DNA from: Bacillota bacterium
GTDB lineage: Bacteria > Bacillota > Limnochordia > Limnochordales > DUMU01
Direction: 5' to 3'
NCBI GenBank assembly: GCA_012839805.1
Contig: DUMU01000007.1
Location: 78,374 to 142,373 of the forward strand
Length of the DNA: 64,000 nucleotides
Shown in pieces: positions 8,814 through 16,955 of this stretch. The notes under the pieces are model-generated. The model was not told where the DNA came from. It did not search any database and was given only the letters and a program-made list of their open reading frames with translations. Every line of letters begins with the position of its first letter. Within the stretch, counting starts at the first letter, position 1. The translations under genes were made by a program, and so were the position numbers.

Positions 8814-10057
8814 GGGGCCCACCGCCCCCGCCCGGCCAGCTCCACCTTACCCTTCAAGCCGCTCGTGACCTTGACCGAAAAGTCGGGGAGCACGAAGATT
8901 CCTTCCACACCGGGCAAAGACTCGAGTAGCTCCAAACCCTTGACCGGCCCTAACACGAAGGCGGCGGTAGAGAGCGCATCGCCAAGCCCCCCGTCAGGGG
9001 TGATAACCGTCACGCTCAGGACCTGCCCGGCCGGCCACCCGGTGTGAGGATCGAGCAGGTGACTGTAGCGGGTGCCGTCATACTCGAAATACCGCTCGTA
9101 ATCCCCGGAGGTGGCGAGCGCCTCGTCGGCCACCGGGACTATGGCGATCACGCTGCTCGGGTCACGGGGATCCTGTACCCCGGCCCGCCAGGGCTCGCCA
9201 CTATTCTTCTTGCCGAGGGCATAGATGTTTCCGCCGAGGTCTAACAGGGCGCTGGTGACCCCGTGCCGGCGTAAGACTTCGGCGGCCTTGGCTACGGCAT
9301 AACCTTTGGCAATACCGCCCAGGTCCAGGGCCTGGCCCGGCCGCCGGAGCCTCACCTTCCGGCCGGCCTCGTCGATCTCTACGTCCGAGAACGAAACCAG
9401 GGACAGGAGTTTGGCGATGGCATCTTGGGAGGGCGGGCGATGGCCCCGCAGGTGGGTCGGGCCCATGCCCTCGAGGGGCGACTCCGGCGTGCTCGCCTCC
9501 GTGGGAGCAGTCTCCTCGGTCTCGACGAAGCCCCAGAGATCGACCAGGGGCGCGATGGTGGGATCGAACGCGCCGTGGCTCGCCTCATGGACGCGCCGGG
9601 CGGTCAACAGCATGGAGACGAGATCGGGGGATACCCGGATCCACGTCCCGTCGCCCGCGTGCCGGTTGATCTCCGCCACCTGGGTGTCGTCCCGGAACCG
9701 GTCGACTTGCGCGGCCAGCCGGTCGAGTTCGGCCAAGGCGGCCTGCACGGCCTTTTCCGCCTGGGTCCGGGTTGCCGCCGTCGCCCGGATCTGGGCGTAC
9801 GTTCCCATCGTAAAGGAGACTGCCTGGGCCTCTGCCGCCTGGGTCTGGTCGGCAGGGACGGCCGACGGTCCGGCTTGATTCGTGGTCACCGCGCCGGCGG
9901 CGTGCTGGCCCTCGCGACCCTGGCAGCCGGCCACGCCCAGGGCAACGGCGAGGAGCAACAGGCCGGTGAGGGCGGCGCCGGGCCCTCCCCGGCGAGGGCC
10001 GAACGAGATCCCGGCGGAACTGGTCACAAATCCCGGGCGAACCGTTGCTATCACCAC
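8810..10057 (-). CDS. apbE: FAD:protein FMN transferase ApbE, probable lipoprotein
   Basis: 415-aa ORF with lipobox LGVAGC. ApbE-like blocks FTMGTYAQIRA, FDPTIAPLVDLWGF, LDLGGIAKGYAV, LLDLGGNIYALG, ATSGDYERYF, HLLDPHTG. GTG start 22 nt after rnfB; exact start uncertain. Confidence 0.85.
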   Translation of the reverse strand: MVIATVRPGFVTSSAGISFGPRRGGPGAALTGLLLLAVALGVAGCQGREGQHAAGAVTTNQAGPSAVPADQTQAAEAQAVSFTMGTYAQIRATAATRTQAEKAVQAALAELDRLAAQVDRFRDDTQVAEINRHAGDGTWIRVSPDLVSMLLTARRVHEASHGAFDPTIAPLVDLWGFVETEETAPTEASTPESPLEGMGPTHLRGHRPPSQDAIAKLLSLVSFSDVEIDEAGRKVRLRRPGQALDLGGIAKGYAVAKAAEVLRRHGVTSALLDLGGNIYALGKKNSGEPWRAGVQDPRDPSSVIAIVPVADEALATSGDYERYFEYDGTRYSHLLDPHTGWPAGQVLSVTVITPDGGLGDALSTAAFVLGPVKGLELLESLPGVEGIFVLPDFSVKVTSGLKGKVELAGRGRWAP

Positions 10058-10078
10058 CGTCTACGACAACCCAAGAAT

Positions 10079-10939
10079 CTAAGAAGCCGCCTGACCGGCC
10101 CCGGCCGGGAGCGCTTCCCCGGCCTCCTCCTCTCTCCGGCACTCAATGACATGAGTGGGACACTTGGCCGAACACTGGCCGCAAGCGATGCAAAGCTCCG
10201 GCGTGATCGTGGCGAGGTTGCCCAGGACGTGGATGGCATCGTGTTCACAAAGGCGTTCGCAGATGTTGCAGGCGATGCAGCCCGCCTGGCAGACCTGGCG
10301 CACCAGCTTCCCGGGGAGGGGTGACAAGCAGTTGACGAAGGTGCGGCGGCCGGCATCTACCAGCTGGATGACGCCCCGCGGGCAGACCTGGGTGCAGATG
10401 CCACAGCCGGTGCACTTTCTTTCGTCCACCACGGGCAATCCTTCGGGACCCATGGTAAGGGCATCGAAGGGGCAGGCTTCTACGCAGGTGCCAAAGCCGA
10501 GACATCCGTAGGTACAGGCCTTACCTCCCCCGCTCACGAGTTCGGCCGCCCGGCAGTCGGGGAGCCCCCGGTACTCGCCGGTACGTTTGGCGAGGGCTTG
10601 CGTGCCGGCGCAGAAAACGTGGGCCACCTGGCGAGTCACGCCGGCCGGGGCGGCAACGCCCAGGACTTCGGCCACCCGGGCAGCCACGCCCGGGCCACCG
10701 GCCCGGCAGCCATCGGCCGGGGCTTTGCCCTCCACGGCCGCCTTGGCAAAGCCGGAGCAGCCGCTGAAACCACAAGCGCCACAGTTGGCGCCGGGAAGGA
10801 GGTTCGCCAGCAGTTCAACCCGGGGATCTTCCTGAACGGTGAACCGCCGGGAAGCCCACACGAGCAGTACTGCGAAAGCGACGGCCAGCAATCCCATGGA
10901 GAGGGAGGCGGCCAGGATCGAGCTCAGCATGCTTTCCAC
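10079..10939 (-). CDS. rnfB: electron transport complex subunit RnfB
   Basis: N-terminal TM helix, CGACGFSGCSGFA cluster motif, then several CxxCxxCxxxCP ferredoxin repeats. Confidence 0.9.
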   Translation of the reverse strand: MESMLSSILAASLSMGLLAVAFAVLLVWASRRFTVQEDPRVELLANLLPGANCGACGFSGCSGFAKAAVEGKAPADGCRAGGPGVAARVAEVLGVAAPAGVTRQVAHVFCAGTQALAKRTGEYRGLPDCRAAELVSGGGKACTYGCLGFGTCVEACPFDALTMGPEGLPVVDERKCTGCGICTQVCPRGVIQLVDAGRRTFVNCLSPLPGKLVRQVCQAGCIACNICERLCEHDAIHVLGNLATITPELCIACGQCSAKCPTHVIECRREEEAGEALPAGAGQAAS

Positions 10940-11008
10940 CTCATCTCATCACGACACCTTACCTGACGAGCTTTGGGTCGGTAGCCCTTTTGCGTCCCTG
11001 CACGAACC

Positions 11009-11599
11009 TCAAGATGCCGGCACGAGCCCGCTGAACCCCATGAAGGTCAGGCTCATAATGGCGGCGATCAGAAGCGAAAGAGCCGGCCCTTGCAAGCTCA
11101 AGGGCACGTCGGCGAACTCCAGCTCTTCGCGCAAGCCGGCCATCAGCACAATGGCGAGAGTCCAGCCCACCGCGCTACCGACCGAGAACACCAGGGTCTC
11201 GAGCAGCCCGTAATCGCTCCCCGCCACCAGCAAGGCCACCCCGAGGATGGCGCAGTTGGTGGTGATGAGCGGCAGGTAGATTCCGAAAGCCTCGTAGAGC
11301 GAGGGACTGTAACGGCGGATCACCATTTCGAGGAATTGCACCAGCGTGGCGATGACCAGGATGAAGACGACGTACTGAAGGAACGGCAGGTGGAAGGGTA
11401 CGAGGATGTACCGCTGGATCGCCCAACTGACCGCACCGGATATGGTCATGACGAAGGTTACCGCCGCTCCCATTCCCAGGGCGGTCTCGAGGCGCTTGCT
11501 CACGCCGAGGAAGGCACAGATGCCCAGGAACCGGCTGAGGATGAAGTTATTGATCAGGGCCGAACCCACGAAGAGCAGAACCAGTGAACTGAAGCTCAT
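11009..11599 (-). CDS. rnfA: electron transport complex subunit RnfA
   Basis: 196-aa polytopic protein: MSFSSLVLLFVGSALINNFILSRFLGICAFLGVS...ITTNCAILG. Confidence 0.9.
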   Translation of the reverse strand: MSFSSLVLLFVGSALINNFILSRFLGICAFLGVSKRLETALGMGAAVTFVMTISGAVSWAIQRYILVPFHLPFLQYVVFILVIATLVQFLEMVIRRYSPSLYEAFGIYLPLITTNCAILGVALLVAGSDYGLLETLVFSVGSAVGWTLAIVLMAGLREELEFADVPLSLQGPALSLLIAAIMSLTFMGFSGLVPAS

Positions 11600-11615
11600 G
11601 ATGCCCCCTGCCCCC

Positions 11616-12359
11616 TTAGTTACTCAAACTGAGCCCCGCCGTTGAGGCCCCGGCTCCCGTGCCCGTCGTCGCAGCGGTTACGCCGGCCCCGGAGCCACGG
11701 GCGCGTTCGAGGCGACGGGCGGCCCGTTCTTTCGCAAGGCGCGACCCGAGGTTGAAGAGCCCGACGATCGCGCCCATGGTCAGGAAGGCGCCCGGCGGCT
11801 GCAGCATCACCCGCCAGGTGACGAAGCCGGGCGGCATTACCGGATGCCCCAGGAGCGAACCACTGCCTAGCAGCTCACGGACGATCCCGATCATGACCAG
11901 TGAGATGGTATAGCCGATGCCATACCCGAACCCATCGGCCAATGCCCGGTCGACGGGGACGTGGGAAGCCCACGCCTCGGCCCGCCCCAGGATGATGCAG
12001 TTGACTACGATGAGCGGAACGAAAAGCCCGAGGACCTTGTGCACCTGGGGCACGGTGGCGGCGAGTACCAGGTCGGCGATGGTGACGAAGGTGGCAATGA
12101 TGATGGTGTAGACCGGGATGCGGACTTCTCGCGGGACGATCTTGCGGATGGCGGAGACCATCACGTTGGTACCGACCAGCACGAAGATGACCGCCGCGCC
12201 CATGGCGAGGCCGTTCACTACCGCGGTGGTGACGGCCAGGGCAGGGCAGAAAGCGATCATCAGCCGGAAGGGCGAACTCTCCGTCCACACGCCTCGGAGG
12301 AAGTCCGTCCCCAGCGTCCGTAGCTTGCTCGGCTCACGACCGGTGCTCACAGCGCTCAT
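11616..12359 (-). CDS. rnfE: electron transport complex subunit RnfE
   Basis: NPFRLMIAFCPALAVTT... and VVNCIILGRAEA motifs. Has a ~40-aa Ala/Gly/Thr-rich C-terminal tail. Confidence 0.9.
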   Translation of the reverse strand: MSAVSTGREPSKLRTLGTDFLRGVWTESSPFRLMIAFCPALAVTTAVVNGLAMGAAVIFVLVGTNVMVSAIRKIVPREVRIPVYTIIIATFVTIADLVLAATVPQVHKVLGLFVPLIVVNCIILGRAEAWASHVPVDRALADGFGYGIGYTISLVMIGIVRELLGSGSLLGHPVMPPGFVTWRVMLQPPGAFLTMGAIVGLFNLGSRLAKERAARRLERARGSGAGVTAATTGTGAGASTAGLSLSN

Positions 12360-12483
12360 GCGTCAGTCGACACTCCTCTCAAACTCACCCGCTCGGCCCG
12401 GCCGGCGACGACCGCCATCGCCGACGGCCGGGCCGGGCTTACTCACCGGTTGACTCCGCGCGCACGCTCGCGTGCCCGCCCGG

Positions 12484-13581
12484 TCACTCTATCAAGCCGG
12501 ACGCGCGAGCCGCTGCGATCCCGTAGCGAACGGCTTCGGCCACCGCCTGAGAGGAGACGGTAGCCCCGCTGATCGTGTCGAGGTCCTCACCAACCTCCAG
12601 GCGGGCGTCGATGCTCTTCCCGGCGAACTGGCGCTGGAAAGCGGCATCAGTGGCGATCTTGTCTCCCACGTCCGGGGTTTCGCTCTGGTGGTAGACCCGG
12701 ACGTTGATCAGCGTCTTGTCGGCCGGATCGATCACCCCGAGCACCTCCACCGGCCCTTCCATCCCGGCGGCCGCGGCCCGGAAACCGATCGCTCCGGTCT
12801 CTCCGGTGGAAGAAATGCCCTGGAAGATCTCGGGGTCGGTCTTGGCTCCTTCCGCGGGGAAAGTGCCGATGGAGACGAACATGACCACGTCCACCCCCGC
12901 ATCGGGCGGTACCACGGCGAGCAGGGCTTCCGCCGGGTCGCCGGCCAGCTCGGGCAGGGCGTTAGTAGAACCCTCGCTCGTGGTGCTACCGCCCCCGGTG
13001 GCTGCCGGCACCGCTGCTGCCATCACCACGGGCTGGCCCATCCGTTGCATGGCGGCTTGGATACCCGTCCGGACGATATCGACCGCGGCCCGTGACGATA
13101 TGGTGGCGCCGGTGATGCCGTCGATGTCCTGGTTCAGCTGATAGGCATCGGTGAGGGACTTACCGGCAAACTGGTCGGTGAAGGACGGCTCTTGAATGCG
13201 AGAGCCGAGCCCCGGCGTCTCCGAAAGCTGGAGAACGCGGATCCCCACCAGCGACTTGCGGTCGGCACTCAGCCCGATCGCCATCTTGATCGGCCCGCCG
13301 AACCCGTCGCCGCTCGCCTTGAAGGCGTACCCGAGCACGCTTCCGTCCGCGGCGAGTACTCTGTAGACGGCATCGTCGGCCTCGGCCGAGCTGGGCGGTA
13401 CCTCTTCTTCGAAGCTGGCCGCCTCCGGGAACAGCCCCTTGAAGCCCAGCTCGAGGTCGGCTTTCTGCCGGTTGGCTTCGATGATGGGGTTGAGCCAGGT
13501 GTAAAAGCCGGCCAGAGTCCCGCCGGATAGGATGGAAACCAGAGCCAATACCAGGATCATGCGCCAGGTGGAACTACGCAC
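12484..13581 (-). CDS. rnfG: electron transport complex subunit RnfG with two tandem FMN-binding domains
   Basis: N-terminal anchor MILVLALVSILSGG. Two FMN_bind-like modules end in DIDGITGATISSRAAV and DLDTISGATVSSQAVA. 365 aa, against ~200 aa for a usual RnfG. Confidence 0.88.
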   Translation of the reverse strand: MRSSTWRMILVLALVSILSGGTLAGFYTWLNPIIEANRQKADLELGFKGLFPEAASFEEEVPPSSAEADDAVYRVLAADGSVLGYAFKASGDGFGGPIKMAIGLSADRKSLVGIRVLQLSETPGLGSRIQEPSFTDQFAGKSLTDAYQLNQDIDGITGATISSRAAVDIVRTGIQAAMQRMGQPVVMAAAVPAATGGGSTTSEGSTNALPELAGDPAEALLAVVPPDAGVDVVMFVSIGTFPAEGAKTDPEIFQGISSTGETGAIGFRAAAAGMEGPVEVLGVIDPADKTLINVRVYHQSETPDVGDKIATDAAFQRQFAGKSIDARLEVGEDLDTISGATVSSQAVAEAVRYGIAAARASGLIE

Positions 13582-14560
13582 GAACAGAAACCTCCTTTGG
13601 ACGCGGCAGCGTGAGGCGGTTGATCAGCGGTGTGCACATGTTGAAGAAAAGGATGGCAAAGGAGACGCCCTCCGGATAACTGCCCCAGAGCCGGATGACC
13701 ATGGTCATCACGCCGATGCCCAGGGCATATATCCACCGGCCCCATTTGGTAAGCGGGCTCGTCACCCAGTCGGTGGCCATGAAGAACGCTCCCAGCACCA
13801 ATCCACCGGAAAGAACGTGAAGTAGCGGATCTTGCCCGCCGGCCCAGGCGAAAAGGGCCGCCGAGCCCAGCACCCCCGCCGGGATTCGCCAGTCGATGAC
13901 CTGAAAAGCTATGAGTATGAGACCACCGAGCAAGAGAGCCGCTATAGCAGTCTCACCCAGTGAACCGCCATGATAGCCCGCGAGCAGTTCAAGGTAGGAG
14001 GGAACGCCTGCCCCCTTGGCCATCGCGGCCAGGGGGGTAGCGCCGGTTACCGCGTCCACCCCGCGTATCGGGCCGCCGAAATCCGTGAGGATCTGGGGAA
14101 AGGTGACCAGCAGGAAAACCCTCCCGACCAGCGCCGGGTTGAACAGGTTATGACCCAGGCCGCCGAACGCGTGCTTTCCCAGCAGGATGGCGATGGACGC
14201 TCCGATCACCACCGTCCAGAGGGGAACGGAGGGCGGCAGGGTGAGCGCGAGCAAAAGTCCCGTCACGGCCGCACTTCCATCGAGGAGATACCGCCCGGGC
14301 GAACGGCGCCGGGCCCAAACCGCCAGGGCCTCGACCGCCAGTGCGGTCAGGACCGATGCCCCGACCACCCGGAGCACCCGGAGTCCGAAGATGTAGGCCG
14401 CCACTCCCACTACGGGCAAGAGCGTGGCAAGCACCAAGTACATGGCCCGCTGGGCGGTAAGCGGTGAATGGAGGTGGGGAGAGCTAGAGAGAAGCAGAAG
14501 GCGTGTTCCAACGCCTCCGGTCTCCCGTCGCGGCTCAAGCGTTGGCGAAACCGTGTTCAT
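13574..14560 (-). CDS. rnfD: electron transport complex subunit RnfD
   Basis: 328-aa polytopic protein with the flavinylation motif VDAVTGATPL. ATGA overlap with the upstream gene and an 8-nt overlap with rnfG. Confidence 0.9.
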   Translation of the reverse strand: MNTVSPTLEPRRETGGVGTRLLLLSSSPHLHSPLTAQRAMYLVLATLLPVVGVAAYIFGLRVLRVVGASVLTALAVEALAVWARRRSPGRYLLDGSAAVTGLLLALTLPPSVPLWTVVIGASIAILLGKHAFGGLGHNLFNPALVGRVFLLVTFPQILTDFGGPIRGVDAVTGATPLAAMAKGAGVPSYLELLAGYHGGSLGETAIAALLLGGLILIAFQVIDWRIPAGVLGSAALFAWAGGQDPLLHVLSGGLVLGAFFMATDWVTSPLTKWGRWIYALGIGVMTMVIRLWGSYPEGVSFAILFFNMCTPLINRLTLPRPKEVSVRA

Positions 14561-15972
14561 CGGTTACCTAACCTCACTTCTGCGTGACAGCTGGCTACTG
14601 CTACCTGTTGCTCCCGTGGCCGTTTACCGGTCGGGGACGCCTTCCCGTTGGAGGATGAGGCGATGCCGGTTTGACGGCCGTTCTCTTCGGAAGCTTTCTC
14701 CGGCTTACGGCGGGAGAGCTCATGCTGGGCGAGCCTGATCAGCTGAACCAGGGGGAGCCGCGCCGGGCATGCATAGGCGCACAGGCCGCAGGCATAACAC
14801 TTTTCCGCTCCCTGCCGGGCCGCCTCCTCCCAGCGATGGAGACGGGCGAGGCGGCCGAGGACCGCGGGAGCAAGTCCCTCGGGACATATGGCAACGCACC
14901 GGCCACAATGGAGGCAGACGCCCACGCCTGGGGAGGCTTCCAGAAAGGCGTCACCCAGCGCGAGATACCCCAGATCGCCCAGGCTGATGTAAGCATCTTC
15001 CAGGGGGAGAGCTTCACCCGCCAGGTAGCCGCCCCGAACCAGGAGACGAAGACGTGCGTAATCGACCCCCGCGGCTTCGAGGAGGGCGCTAACCGGAGCC
15101 CCGATGGGCACCCGGTAAGTACCGGGCCGGGCGACCGCGTCCCCCCCTATGGAGACGAGGACATCGACGGGAGGCAGAAACGTCTGCAAGCTCCTGCCCA
15201 CGGCCGCCGCGATCTCGACGCCGACAATGGCCGCATTGCTGAACCGGGCGGCCAGCATCTCCGGACGCCCCGCCGGGTAACCGGCCGGAACTAGCAGCAC
15301 TTCGGCGGGGAGGAGGTCGCGCCGTAAAGCGGCAAGTTCAGTGGCGGAAAGGGTCCCTTCAGCTATCGCCAGCCAGCCCTGGCGGTTGCCTGGCGCTCCC
15401 GGGCCGGATAGGATGGCGGTTACTCCGGCGGCGACGTCGGCCCTCCGTTCGTGAAGCAGGGCCCGGCGACCGAAGACTCCCTCGTCGGGGTCGCACCCGT
15501 TGAAAACGATAATGCCCGCGGTGGTGAGGGGCTCAGGGTCTACGCCGGCAAGGCGGCAGGCGTGGCGGAGGCGATCCCCGACGGGGGTTGTGCCTGCCCG
15601 GCGGTTGGTGCCTTGCTTCTCTGCCCCGGCTTCCGCCACCGGCTGGATGGCAACGAACGGAACCAACCCGGACCCACCCGTGTCCGGGGCCGGCCGGAAG
15701 CCGGCGTCCACCACTTTGCCGGCCACCGGGCTGAAAAGGCAACCGTCTTCAGGTGCATCCTGCGGGCCGGCCAGTACTGTACCGGGCCTCACGAGATCAC
15801 CCTTTTTCACTACCGGCACGAGAGCCCGCCCGGTAAGGTCTTGCCCGCGAAAGACCAGAATTGAAGGGGAGGTCAGGACCTGGCTGGGTTGCCAGCCTCC
15901 CTCCCCTCGGGTAAACAGGGACCGCCCCGGTACACGTAGGAGCCGGCCCCGTCCCCGCCTGCGCCACGGCAT
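14557..15972 (-). CDS. RnfC-like subunit lacking the NADH/FMN-binding signatures
   Basis: Has VVKKGDLVRPGTVLAG...FSPVAGKVV, CLHCGRCVAICP and CYACGLCAYACP. The glycine-rich and ECEPY positions read RLAGVDPEPL...FNGCDPDEGVFG. ATG at 15972 is preceded by gggaggg with an 8-nt spacer. The ORF extends to 16059. Confidence 0.8.
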   Translation of the reverse strand: MPWRRRGRGRLLRVPGRSLFTRGEGGWQPSQVLTSPSILVFRGQDLTGRALVPVVKKGDLVRPGTVLAGPQDAPEDGCLFSPVAGKVVDAGFRPAPDTGGSGLVPFVAIQPVAEAGAEKQGTNRRAGTTPVGDRLRHACRLAGVDPEPLTTAGIIVFNGCDPDEGVFGRRALLHERRADVAAGVTAILSGPGAPGNRQGWLAIAEGTLSATELAALRRDLLPAEVLLVPAGYPAGRPEMLAARFSNAAIVGVEIAAAVGRSLQTFLPPVDVLVSIGGDAVARPGTYRVPIGAPVSALLEAAGVDYARLRLLVRGGYLAGEALPLEDAYISLGDLGYLALGDAFLEASPGVGVCLHCGRCVAICPEGLAPAVLGRLARLHRWEEAARQGAEKCYACGLCAYACPARLPLVQLIRLAQHELSRRKPEKASEENGRQTGIASSSNGKASPTGKRPREQQVAVASCHAEVRLGNR

Positions 15973-16068
15973 GATCCAATCCCTCCCGTCGACAATGCAA
16001 TGCATGCCCCAGCGGTGATTTGGGGGCAGGTGCGGACGGCCCCGCCTGCCCCCAAGCAAGCGAACGGT

Positions 16069-16803
16069 TCAGCGCTCGGCGGCCTTCAGGGCGTTGGCTA
16101 CCGCTTCCTTGTATTTGTTGCCGCTGTTGGTCGCGCCGGTAACCACGTCCACTTGCTCGATCTCAGCCACCGAGCTCTTGCCGACGAAACGCTTTTGCAT
16201 TTCGTCCCGGGCGGTGACGGCGACTTTGTACGAGTAGTTCTTCCAATCCTTGAACTTACCGTCGGTGACCTCGTCCAGCCGCACCGCCTTGATCTTGTCG
16301 TTTTCCACCGTCACCCAGGCCACGGCGTAGCCATGGCTGTCCGCCTTGCTCTTGCCAAAGAAAGTACCTTCGAAGTACTTGGCTTTGGATTCAGGAGTCA
16401 CGCGCGCCTTGGCCAGCGCCCGCTCTACCGCCTGAATCCATTTGCGGCTGCTGCTGGTCGCCTTGGCGTAGACATCGACCTGGGGGCCGTTGTTGGCCAC
16501 GAAATCTTTTTCGAGCTTCTCCTTGGCCTCTTTGGCTGCCGGCCAAGGATACTTATCGTAGTCCTTGGGTTCCCCGAACTGGGTTATTTCGCTCAGGGTG
16601 ACGCGTACGATCTTGTCATCCTTGATGACTAGTACGGCCATGCCATAGCCATGGTCGTCTGCGTCTGAGATACCGGTGGTAACCCCATCCTTGTAGATCT
16701 TCCCGGCCGTCCGGCCCGTGAGCGGCAGTGCTACTGCAGTTGCTACCGCGAGGATCCCGACGAGTAAGACGACGCGGCTCCAACCTTTGAGAACGCGATC
16801 CAT
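16069..16803 (-). CDS. extracytoplasmic protein with two FMN-binding (FMN_bind, PF04205-like) domains
   Basis: ATG at 16803 after aggaggg (8-nt spacer). Signal or anchor WSRVVLLVGILAVATAVAL. Two repeats start YKDGVTTG.../FEGTFFGK... and end VDVYAKATSSS and VDVVTGATNSG. Confidence 0.8.
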   Translation of the reverse strand: MDRVLKGWSRVVLLVGILAVATAVALPLTGRTAGKIYKDGVTTGISDADDHGYGMAVLVIKDDKIVRVTLSEITQFGEPKDYDKYPWPAAKEAKEKLEKDFVANNGPQVDVYAKATSSSRKWIQAVERALAKARVTPESKAKYFEGTFFGKSKADSHGYAVAWVTVENDKIKAVRLDEVTDGKFKDWKNYSYKVAVTARDEMQKRFVGKSSVAEIEQVDVVTGATNSGNKYKEAVANALKAAER

Positions 16804-16955
16804 TTCGCAAGCCCTCCTGACTGGTTGAGATTGCGGGTTCACCACGGTAGCCCGGATCACCGGGCTTTCCCAACATTAGTACCTACGTGTTGTCCGTCCC
16901 GAATCCTCCCCCCTTGCTCAACTGGGCCGGCCGCGGGAGCCGGCGGAGCCGAAGG

